NCBI GenBank assembly: GCA_017960525.1 | Contig: JAGCZA010000049.1 | Span: forward strand, 8,911 to 72,910 | DNA from: Prevotella sp. | Lineage (GTDB): Bacteria; Bacteroidota; Bacteroidia; Bacteroidales; Bacteroidaceae | DNA length: 64,000 nucleotides | Direction: 5' to 3' | In this document: in pieces, positions 17,659 to 25,822 of the stretch | How the letters are laid out: every line of letters starts with the position of its first letter | Position numbering within the stretch: the stretch's first letter is position 1 | Translations under genes and position numbers: made by a program | Notes under the pieces: model-generated | Told to the model about the DNA's origin: nothing | Database searches by the model: none | Seen by the model: the letters and a program-made list of their open reading frames with translations, nothing else

Positions 17659-18516
17659 ATGATGAGACGACTTTTTATGGTACTTTCGCTGTCGCTGTGG
17701 CTGGCGCTCCCTTCGTTGGGGCAGGTGGTTGCCGACAGCGGGGCTGTGATTCCTGCCGATACTGAGGCGGTGGCGGCAGCCAGCATCGAGGAACTGATTG
17801 GCGACGAGGAAATGGCCGAGTTGGAGGAAATGGCTGCCAGCGAGGCTTCGCTGCACCAGCAGTTGAAGTCGAAGTTTGTGGAAGGTTCGACGGAGTTTAT
17901 GTCGCTTGTGGCGCTGGCCTTGGTGCTGGGCCTGGCTTTCTGCATTGAGCGCATTATCTATCTGACGCTGGCGGAAGTGAAGACCGGCAAACTGATGGCC
18001 GACATCGACAAGCGGCTGGAGCAGGGCGATGTGGAGGGCGCCAAGACGCTCTGCCGCGACACTCGTGGCCCTGTGGCGTCGGTGTGCTATCAGGGCCTGA
18101 TGCATGCTGACGAGGATATGTCGTCGATTGAGCGCAACATCGTGAACTACGGCAGTCTGCAGGCGGCGCGTCTGGAGCGTGGCTGCTCGTGGATTCGGCT
18201 GTTCATCGCCATTGCCCCTTCGCTTGGGTTCCTGGGAACCGTGGTGGGTATGGTGATGGCTTTCGACCACATTCAGGAGGCAGGTGACATTTCGCCCACC
18301 ATCGTGGCCGAGGGTATGAAGGTGGCGCTCATCACCACCATCTTCGGCATCATTGTGGCCCTCATCCTGCAGGTGTTCTACAATTTCATCATTGCGAAGA
18401 TTGACCACCTGACGGAGCAGATGGAAGAGGCTGCCATTACGCTGATGGATATGATTGGGAAAGGGAAGGCGCGCTTCGCTAGTGAGGGCGCTTCGCTAGT
18501 GAATAGAGAAAAGTGA
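17659..18516 (+). CDS. exbB: MotA/TolQ/ExbB proton channel protein
   Basis: IAPSLGFLGTVVGM and ALITTIFG. Confidence 0.88.
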   Translation: MMRRLFMVLSLSLWLALPSLGQVVADSGAVIPADTEAVAAASIEELIGDEEMAELEEMAASEASLHQQLKSKFVEGSTEFMSLVALALVLGLAFCIERIIYLTLAEVKTGKLMADIDKRLEQGDVEGAKTLCRDTRGPVASVCYQGLMHADEDMSSIERNIVNYGSLQAARLERGCSWIRLFIAIAPSLGFLGTVVGMVMAFDHIQEAGDISPTIVAEGMKVALITTIFGIIVALILQVFYNFIIAKIDHLTEQMEEAAITLMDMIGKGKARFASEGASLVNREK

Positions 18517-18544
18517 AGAGTGAAGAGTGAAAAGTGAGTGAAAG
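18471..18544 (+). repeat. GCGCTTCGCT head x2 plus (AGTGAAG) heptamer array
   Basis: GCGCTTCGCTAGTGA at 18471 and 18488, heptamers from 18512. Confidence 0.8.
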
Positions 18545-18646
18545 ATGATTGACGCACTACTATATTTAATATATGTGTTGCTGGCACTTTCGGTAGTGCT
18601 GGTGGCGTGGTCGCTGATTCACCAATGGATGACAAGCGACAAGTAA
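18545..18646 (+). CDS. 33-aa single-pass membrane protein (below ORF-track cutoff)
   Basis: MIDALLYLIYVLLALSVVLVAWSLIHQWMTSDK*, fills the exbB-exbD gap. Confidence 0.55.
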   Translation: MIDALLYLIYVLLALSVVLVAWSLIHQWMTSDK

Positions 18647-18678
18647 GATCGAAAATCGTAAATCGAAAATAATAATCG

Positions 18679-19278
18679 ATGTTTAAGAGCCGGAAAAAGC
18701 GGAGCCTGCCCGAACTGAACACCACATCGACAGCCGACATCTCGTTTATGCTGTTGATTTTCTTCCTTGTCACCTCGTCGATGGACACTGACAAGGGACT
18801 GGCCCGCCAATTGCCCGCTCCAGAGAATCCTGTCGAAGAGCAGGAACTCATCGTGAAGAAGCGTAATGTGCTGCTGCTCACGCTTGACGGTGACGACCGC
18901 CTGACGTGCAATGGTGACAGCATCAATACCTCTCAGTTGACAGAGCGCGTGACTGATTTCGTGGCCAATGCCGCTGGCGACCCTGCGCTGCCTGAACTGA
19001 GTGAGCGCGACGTCCATCTACTGGGCCGCTGCAAGGTGAGCGACCGCCACGTCATCTTCTTGCGTGTGAGCCGTGAGACCAGTTACAATGCCTATTTCGA
19101 GATGCAGAACGCCATTGTGGCTGGTTACAACCAGTTGCGCGACGCGCTGGCCCAAAGCCGCTTCGGTCACGCCTACGCGCAATGCAATGCCGAGGAGCGT
19201 GATGCTGTGGCAATGGTTTATCCGCAGCGCATCAGCGAGGAGATTGAGAGCGCTTCGCTAGTGAACAGTGAAGAGTGA
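18679..19278 (+). CDS. exbD: ExbD/TolR family protein
   Basis: LPELNTTSTADISFMLLIFFLVT. Confidence 0.85.
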   Translation: MFKSRKKRSLPELNTTSTADISFMLLIFFLVTSSMDTDKGLARQLPAPENPVEEQELIVKKRNVLLLTLDGDDRLTCNGDSINTSQLTERVTDFVANAAGDPALPELSERDVHLLGRCKVSDRHVIFLRVSRETSYNAYFEMQNAIVAGYNQLRDALAQSRFGHAYAQCNAEERDAVAMVYPQRISEEIESASLVNSEE

Positions 19279-19301
19279 ATAGTGAAGAGTGAAAGGTGAG
19301 G
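19250..19301 (+). repeat. GCGCTTCGCT head plus (AGTGAAN)x5-6 array
   Basis: Same 16-nt head as 18488; supplies the exbD stop codon. Confidence 0.8.
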
Positions 19302-19309
19302 ATTGAGAT

Positions 19310-19765
19310 ATGAGAAGAGGGGTATTCAAAAGACGGGAGCATCAGATGCCAGGGCTGAACACAGCGGCTCTGCCCGACCTCATTTTCACCGTACTCTTCT
19401 TCTTTATGATTGTCACTCACATGCGCGACGTGGACCCGCTGGTGCGCTACAACGTGCCACAGGGCACGGAACTTCAGAAGTTGGCGCACAAGTCGTCGGT
19501 GGTCTATATCTACGTGGGGCGCACGGCTAAGGGGAGTGACCAGTTTGCCATCCAGTTGAACAACCGTCTTGCCACCGTCGACGATATCCGTGCCTACATT
19601 GAGGAAGAGCGCAGCCGTATGGCCACCGACGACCAGGCGCGCCTGACTGTGAGCATCAAGGCCGACCGCGATGTGCCGATGAGCCTTATTGCCGACGTAA
19701 AGGAAGCCCTGCGTCAGAGTTATGCCTTGAAGATAAACTATTCTGCAACGAACAAACCGCAATAA
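19310..19765 (+). CDS. exbD: ExbD/TolR family protein
   Basis: LNTAALPDLIFTVLFFFM and IKADRDVP. Confidence 0.85.
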   Translation: MRRGVFKRREHQMPGLNTAALPDLIFTVLFFFMIVTHMRDVDPLVRYNVPQGTELQKLAHKSSVVYIYVGRTAKGSDQFAIQLNNRLATVDDIRAYIEEERSRMATDDQARLTVSIKADRDVPMSLIADVKEALRQSYALKINYSATNKPQ

Positions 19766-19770
19766 ACGAT

Positions 19771-21909
19771 ATGAAACTACACCTGACGAGAAACGCTATA
19801 GCCGTCTGTGCCTTTCTGATGGCCAGTACCACCGCTGGGGCGCAGGGCGGAGTGACTAATACCTCGAAATGCGAAAACGCCCGTATGACCAGCGTGCCCC
19901 TGACTGCCGTGCAATGGACGGGTGGCTTCTGGGGCGAGCGCTTCGACGTGTTGAGCAAGACGAGCGTGCAAAGTATGTGGGAGACGTGGCAGAGTGCACA
20001 GGGCAAAGGCTTCAACAACTTCCTCGTGGCCGCTGGCGAGAAGCAGGGCGAGCACCACGGCCCTCCCTTTCACGACGGCGATATGTACAAATGGCTAGAG
20101 GCCGTCGCCTCGGTCTATGCCATCACCCGCGACCCCCAGTTGGAGCAGATTATGGACCGCTTCATTGGACTGGTGCAGAAGGCGCAACGCGCTGACGGAT
20201 ATATCCATACGCCTGTGATTATCAAGGAACGGTTAAGAGTTGAGAGTTCAGAGTTGAGAGACAATAGTTCCTCGTCAGAGAACAACGACAATAATACTAA
20301 AGTCTCTCAACCCGTCGGCACCGCCGTTGGCACCAAAAACGATGCTGCCTTTGAGAACCGCCTGAACTTCGAGACCTACAACTTGGGGCATCTGATGATG
20401 GCGGGCATTATTCACAAACGGGCAACGGGGAAGACCACGCTCTTCGATTGTGGCGTGAAGGCCGCTGACTTCCTCTACGACTTCTGCCAGCGGGCGCCGG
20501 AAGAACTGGCCGGAAACGCCATCTGCCCCTCGCACTATATGGGCGTGGCCGAACTTTACCGTGAGACGGGCAACAAGAAATACCTCGACCTCCTGCGGCA
20601 GTTTATCGACATCCGTGGGATGGTGAAAGACGGCACCGACGACAACCAAGACCGTATACCCTTCCGCCAGCAGTACCAGGCAATGGGCCACGCTGTCCGC
20701 GCCAACTATCTCTATGCAGGCGTGGCCGACCTCTACTTGGAGAGCGGCGAGGAGCAGTTGATGAAGAACCTCACCAGCATCTGGCAGGACATCACCCAGC
20801 GGAAGATGTATATCAACGGCGCTTGCGGTGCCCTCTACGACGGCACATCGCCTGATGGCACCAACTACAAGCCCGACAGCATCCAGAAAGTGCACCAGAG
20901 TTACGGGCGCCCCTACCAGTTGCCACAAAGCACGGCTCACAACGAGACCTGCGCCAACATCGGCAATATGCTGTTCAACTGGCGGATGCTCCTTGCTACA
21001 GCCGATGCAAAGTATATGGACTTGGTAGAGAACTGCCTGTACAACAGCATCTTGCCCGGCATTTCGCTCAACGGCGAGAGTTACTTCTACACCAATCCCT
21101 TGCGACTGAGCGATGAGTTGCCCTACACCCTGCGCTGGCCGAAGGAGCGCAAGAAGTACATCTCGTGCTTCTGCTGTCCGCCAAACACACTGCGCACCCT
21201 CTGCGAGGCCCAGGACTACGCCTATACGCTCACCCGTCCGAACAGTACTGGCACCATCTACGTGAACCTCTTTGGCACCAGCCAGTTAAAAGGGAAATTG
21301 GATGATGTGGGCGACATTGTGCTCACCCAGCAGACTGACTATCCCTGGAGCGGTCACGTCACCCTGACCATCGAGAAACTGAAGGCTCCACGCCACCACA
21401 AGTTTGCCATCGGCCTGCGCTGTCCTGAGTGGGCAGCCGGTGCTTCCTATACCGTCAACGGCCAACCGCAGTCCATCAATAAGGAGAAGGGCTACTTGGT
21501 GGTAAACCGCAAATGGAAGCAGGGCGACGTCATCAGTTTCGACATCCCGATGGAAACGCGCATTGTGGAGGCTAATCCGCTCGTTGAAGAGAGTAGGGGA
21601 CAAGTGGCTGTGATGCGAGGCCCCATCCTCTATTGTCTGGAAAGCAATGACCTCAACGGCACCGACATCGACAACGTCACGATTCCCGTCACAGCACAGT
21701 TCCGGCCAGTCGAGGTGAACATCGGTGGCAGCCGGATGATGGCCCTCGAAACCGAAGCATACGTGCGGGGTGAGGATGACTGGAAGGGCACGCTCTACCG
21801 CAATGTCGCCACGAAGAAGGCAAAGAAGACCGTGCGCCTCGTTCCCTATTATGCCTGGGGAAACCGAGGCAAGAGCGAGATGACCGTGTGGATGCCTGCC
21901 TCTTACTGA
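19771..21909 (+). CDS. GH127 beta-L-arabinofuranosidase-like glycoside hydrolase
   Basis: DMYKWLEA, GHAVRA, HNETCANIG and CFCCPPN; signal peptide. Confidence 0.85.
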   Translation: MKLHLTRNAIAVCAFLMASTTAGAQGGVTNTSKCENARMTSVPLTAVQWTGGFWGERFDVLSKTSVQSMWETWQSAQGKGFNNFLVAAGEKQGEHHGPPFHDGDMYKWLEAVASVYAITRDPQLEQIMDRFIGLVQKAQRADGYIHTPVIIKERLRVESSELRDNSSSSENNDNNTKVSQPVGTAVGTKNDAAFENRLNFETYNLGHLMMAGIIHKRATGKTTLFDCGVKAADFLYDFCQRAPEELAGNAICPSHYMGVAELYRETGNKKYLDLLRQFIDIRGMVKDGTDDNQDRIPFRQQYQAMGHAVRANYLYAGVADLYLESGEEQLMKNLTSIWQDITQRKMYINGACGALYDGTSPDGTNYKPDSIQKVHQSYGRPYQLPQSTAHNETCANIGNMLFNWRMLLATADAKYMDLVENCLYNSILPGISLNGESYFYTNPLRLSDELPYTLRWPKERKKYISCFCCPPNTLRTLCEAQDYAYTLTRPNSTGTIYVNLFGTSQLKGKLDDVGDIVLTQQTDYPWSGHVTLTIEKLKAPRHHKFAIGLRCPEWAAGASYTVNGQPQSINKEKGYLVVNRKWKQGDVISFDIPMETRIVEANPLVEESRGQVAVMRGPILYCLESNDLNGTDIDNVTIPVTAQFRPVEVNIGGSRMMALETEAYVRGEDDWKGTLYRNVATKKAKKTVRLVPYYAWGNRGKSEMTVWMPASY
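20237..20313. repeat. Heptamer element with inverted ends, in-frame in GH127
   Basis: GAGTTGA GAGTTCA GAGTTGA GAGAC ... ACTAAAGTCTCTCAACCC. Confidence 0.75.
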
Positions 21910-21954
21910 AAAAACGTTCCCAAGAAAAAACTTTTGCACATTTTCGGGAAAATA

Positions 21955-21986
21955 CTTGCACGTTTCGATTTTTTTGCTTATCTTTG
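21955..21986 (+). promoter_or_regulatory. Promoter
   Basis: CTTG-20 nt-TATCTTTG. Confidence 0.6.
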
Positions 21987-22014
21987 GCGGGAAAACTAAT
22001 AAACCTCACCAATT

Positions 22015-22284
22015 ATGGCAAATAAAAGATCATTGAAACGTACCATTAAACTCATCTGCGGCGAACTGTTCACTGAGGCTGTCGCCGCTTCCCTCTACGG
22101 CAATGAGGCCCACCACGACAATGCGGAGGCTGTGCTCTATGCCGTGGTGAAGATGCAGTCAAACTTTGTCAGCCGTGTGTCGCATCCGGAGCCTGGTATG
22201 AGTGCCAAGAAGTATTTCCGCGACCTTCGTGAGAAACTGGCCTCTCAGGTTGGTGAGTTGGCCGACCAAATCAACAACCTTTAA
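22015..22284 (+). CDS. Small hypothetical protein
   Basis: 89 aa, ATG after AT-rich leader and promoter, helical composition. Confidence 0.7.
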   Translation: MANKRSLKRTIKLICGELFTEAVAASLYGNEAHHDNAEAVLYAVVKMQSNFVSRVSHPEPGMSAKKYFRDLREKLASQVGELADQINNL

Positions 22285-22304
22285 GAAAAGCGGGGTAGGT
22301 GACG

Positions 22305-22865
22305 ATGCTGAAAAAGTTCTTCAATTGGTTGTTGTACAAACAAATGGGATGGTCCACCGAAGTGACGGAGGAACATCCCGACAAGTACATTATCTGCCTG
22401 GCACCCCACACCAGCAACTGGGACTTCCTTCTGGGGCAGTTTTACAACTCGGCTGAAGGGCTGGGGTGTAACTTTTTGATGAAGCGCGAATGGTTCTTCT
22501 GGCCCCTCGGCCCTATCTTCAGACATTTGGGCGGCATACCCGTAATCAGGCAGAAGCACAACAGCCTGACCGACACACTGGCCGAGACTGCCCGCCAGTC
22601 GGCTAGTTTCAAGTTGTGTGTCACTCCCGAAGGCACCCGTTCCCGTCGGGAGGAGTGGAAGCGCGGCTTCTACTATATTGCCCAGAAGGCGCAGATACCC
22701 ATCCTGCTATACGGCCTCGACTATGGCAGCAAGCGCATCGTCTGCACTAAGGCCATCATCCCATCGGGAAATGCCGATGACGATATGCGCCAAATCAAAC
22801 TCTATTTCAAGGACTTCAAGGGGAAGCACCCCGAAAACTTTACGATTGGCAATGTGGAAGGTTAG
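22305..22865 (+). CDS. PlsC-family acyltransferase
   Basis: PHTSNWD and PEGTRS motifs. Confidence 0.85.
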   Translation: MLKKFFNWLLYKQMGWSTEVTEEHPDKYIICLAPHTSNWDFLLGQFYNSAEGLGCNFLMKREWFFWPLGPIFRHLGGIPVIRQKHNSLTDTLAETARQSASFKLCVTPEGTRSRREEWKRGFYYIAQKAQIPILLYGLDYGSKRIVCTKAIIPSGNADDDMRQIKLYFKDFKGKHPENFTIGNVEG

Positions 22866-25449
22866 ACTGTTAGCGCTCGTCGCTTTTCACTTGTCACTCC
22901 TCACCATTGAGGCACAGACCACTTGGGGCGACATAGACTATAAGGGGAAGCCTTGGGTGAAATGCACGTCCAGGGCTTTCGATATTGACCACGGCCTTGA
23001 CGGACGCCACATCACCCTTTGGGCCAGTCACGGCCGCTATTTCGACCTCACAGAGAACCATTGGCGCTGGCAGCGTCCGGCCCTTTTCGGCACCACCGAG
23101 GACCTGTTCACCCAGACCATCGTCGTGCCGTACCTCATTCCTATGCTCGAAAATGCCGGAGCGGTGGTTTTCACTCCCCGTGAGCGTGACTGGCAGCGCA
23201 ACGAGGTGATAGTCGACAACGACGACCGCAGTTCATTGCTTTTCTATCAGGAGCAGTCTGTCCGCCACACTTGGGTAAACACTCCGTCGCCAGGTTTTGC
23301 CCAGCACAGCGGCACCTACCGCGACGGCGAGAACCCCTTCACGGCCGGTACTGCCCGTATGATAGAGGCAGCCCGCAGCAAGTCGAAGGCTAGCAGCGTC
23401 GTCTATCAGCCCTTGTTGCCACAGGCAGGCCGCTATGCCGTCTATGTCAGTTACCAGACGGTAGAGGGAAGTGTCGACGATGCCCATTATACCGTCTGGC
23501 ACCAAGGCCAGCCTACCGAGTTTAGTGTGAACCAGCAGATGGGAGGCTCCACCTGGGTCTACTTGGGAACCTTCGATTTCGACGAGGGCTGTACGGCGGG
23601 AAACCGTGTGGTGCTCACCAACCAGAGCGACGCCAAGGGCTTCGTCACCACCGATGCCGTGCGCTTCGGTGGCGGTATGGGCAACATTGAACGGGGCGGC
23701 CAGACGAGCCAGATGCCCCGTTGTTTGGAGGGAGCCCGCTATTGGGCGCAATGGGCAGGAATGCCCTACGAGGTCTACAGTTCGAAAGGCGGCACCAACG
23801 ACTATGCCGACGACATTAACGTCCGCTCCCTGATGTCCAACCTGCTTTGCGGTGGCTCTGTCTTTGCCCCAGACTCTGCTGGTCGTGGCGTTCCCATAGA
23901 GTTGTCGCTGGCCATTCATAGCGACGCAGGCCATACTCCTACAGGCGAAGGCGTTTACGGTTCGCTCACCATCTGCACTACGGCTCATGGCGACAGCACC
24001 TTGGCAGCCGGTACCAGCCGAGAGATGTCGAGAGAACTGGCTACCGACCTTTTCAACAACACCAAGGCAGACCTGAGTGCCCGCTTCGGAGAGTGGGAGA
24101 GCCGTAAAATCTACGACCGCAACTACTCTGAGACCCGTGTGCCCATCGTGCCCAGCGCCATTCTGGAGACTATGTCGCACCAGAACTTCGGCGATATGCG
24201 CTATGGCCAAGACCCCACATTCCGTTTCTTCATGGCCCGTTCTGTCTACAAGACGCTCCTCCACTATATGACTGAACGCCACGGAGAAAAGAGCGTGGTG
24301 CAGCCGCTCCCTCCCGACAATTTCCACATCGAGTTCACCCATAAGGCCGACGAGGTGTGCCTCAGTTGGCAGGGGGTCATCGAAGCCCATACATCGGATG
24401 CTGACAATAGTGCCCCGACGGGCTACGTGCTCTATATGGCCCTCGACGGCGGAGGCTACGACAACGGCACCCCGTTGAGGGGCACCTCTTGCAATATCCG
24501 CCTGAAGCCCTACGTCCTCTACCGCTTCCGGGTGACGGCCACCAACGATGGCGGCCAGAGTTTCCCAACCGAGGAACTGGTGGCAATGTACAATCCAAGC
24601 TCGCGCCATAAGGCATTAATTGTCAATGGCTTCCATCGTCTGTCTTCACCTTCTGTTTCTGCCATAGGGCAGGGCTTCGACTTAGCCGACGACATTGGTG
24701 TAAGCTATGGCCGCACCCCTGGTTGGTTGGGCTTGCAACGGGTTTTTGATGTGAAACGTATTGGGGTTGAAGACTCTACGGGTCTCGGTTTCACTACCAA
24801 CGAGCTGGAGGGCCGTTTCATTGCAGGCAACGATTTCAACTATCCTCGTACCCATGCCGAGGCCATTGCCGCCTCAGGACAGTTCAGTATTGTTAGTGCC
24901 TCGGTGCAAGCTGTCGAGACGGGGCAGCTTAACCTGGCCGACTACCTGGTGGTCGACCTGCTCTTAGGGTTGGAACGCAACGATGGCCGCAGCCTAATGG
25001 ACTGCAAGACCTTTCGCTCTGCCCTGCAAAAACGGCTCAAAGTCTATACTACCGGCGGCGGAAGGTTGTTGGTAAGCGGAGCCTACGTGGGTTCCGACAT
25101 GCTGATGGCCGACGAGCAAGCCTTCCTGGCCAATGTGCTGAAAGTGCGCTTCGACGGCCAGAACCGTCAGCCTGACGGCAATGTCAGTGGCTTGGGGCTG
25201 AAGTTCGACTTCTACCGCCAACTCAACGAGAGCCACTATGCCGCCACCTCAACCGACATCCTCATGCCTTCCGCCGATGGCCAGGGCTTCCCGGCGATGG
25301 TCTATGCCAATGGGAGTAGTGCTGCCGTGGCCTATCAGGGCAGCGACTACCGCACCTTCACGATGGGCTTCCCCTTCGAGTGTATTACTGATGGAAATCT
25401 ACGGAGAAAGATAATGAAAGGAATACTTAACTTTTTAATCTATAAATAA
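22852..25449 (+). CDS. Secreted amidase-like / xanthan-lyase-like (golvesin-type) FN3 protein
   Basis: Signal peptide MWKVRLL; SHGRY, IHSDA and ILETMSH amidase-like motifs; AGRYAVYVSY..TDAVRFGGG module; FN3 region. Confidence 0.65.
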   Translation: MWKVRLLALVAFHLSLLTIEAQTTWGDIDYKGKPWVKCTSRAFDIDHGLDGRHITLWASHGRYFDLTENHWRWQRPALFGTTEDLFTQTIVVPYLIPMLENAGAVVFTPRERDWQRNEVIVDNDDRSSLLFYQEQSVRHTWVNTPSPGFAQHSGTYRDGENPFTAGTARMIEAARSKSKASSVVYQPLLPQAGRYAVYVSYQTVEGSVDDAHYTVWHQGQPTEFSVNQQMGGSTWVYLGTFDFDEGCTAGNRVVLTNQSDAKGFVTTDAVRFGGGMGNIERGGQTSQMPRCLEGARYWAQWAGMPYEVYSSKGGTNDYADDINVRSLMSNLLCGGSVFAPDSAGRGVPIELSLAIHSDAGHTPTGEGVYGSLTICTTAHGDSTLAAGTSREMSRELATDLFNNTKADLSARFGEWESRKIYDRNYSETRVPIVPSAILETMSHQNFGDMRYGQDPTFRFFMARSVYKTLLHYMTERHGEKSVVQPLPPDNFHIEFTHKADEVCLSWQGVIEAHTSDADNSAPTGYVLYMALDGGGYDNGTPLRGTSCNIRLKPYVLYRFRVTATNDGGQSFPTEELVAMYNPSSRHKALIVNGFHRLSSPSVSAIGQGFDLADDIGVSYGRTPGWLGLQRVFDVKRIGVEDSTGLGFTTNELEGRFIAGNDFNYPRTHAEAIAASGQFSIVSASVQAVETGQLNLADYLVVDLLLGLERNDGRSLMDCKTFRSALQKRLKVYTTGGGRLLVSGAYVGSDMLMADEQAFLANVLKVRFDGQNRQPDGNVSGLGLKFDFYRQLNESHYAATSTDILMPSADGQGFPAMVYANGSSAAVAYQGSDYRTFTMGFPFECITDGNLRRKIMKGILNFLIYK

Positions 25450-25451
25450 TT

Positions 25452-25799
25452 ATGAAAAAAATTATTACTAATGCTTCAGGGTCAAGAACCATCGAAGTGA
25501 CTGAAGAACACCTCCAAACCATTGAGCAGTACCAGCTGTTGCGTGACCTTATCGACTCCAATGGCTACGTCGACGAGCAAGTGCTCGACAAGTTGAAACT
25601 CAATGTCCGCTCACTACTCGAGTCGGAAGCCGGCTGCGACAAGCACTTACTTGATCTTTGCCTTGACGTGCTTTACCATCCCAATATGAAAGCTCTCGGC
25701 CTTCAGAATCTCTATCTGCTCTTTGTGGAATGGAAGAACCAGTCCCACGCCAACCTTGGCACCACCGTTCGTTCGTTCCAGGGGACTCCGTTCAATTGA
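25452..25799 (+). CDS. Hypothetical protein
   Basis: 115 aa, 2 nt after the upstream stop. Confidence 0.7.
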   Translation: MKKIITNASGSRTIEVTEEHLQTIEQYQLLRDLIDSNGYVDEQVLDKLKLNVRSLLESEAGCDKHLLDLCLDVLYHPNMKALGLQNLYLLFVEWKNQSHANLGTTVRSFQGTPFN

Positions 25800-25822
25800 G
25801 ATTGATAATAGATTATTGAAGA

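Noticed and set aside
17636-17665. Fur box upstream of exbB
   Set aside because: ATTGAAAATTGAATAATG is a weak match and is equally explained as a heptamer remnant or AT-rich initiation region.
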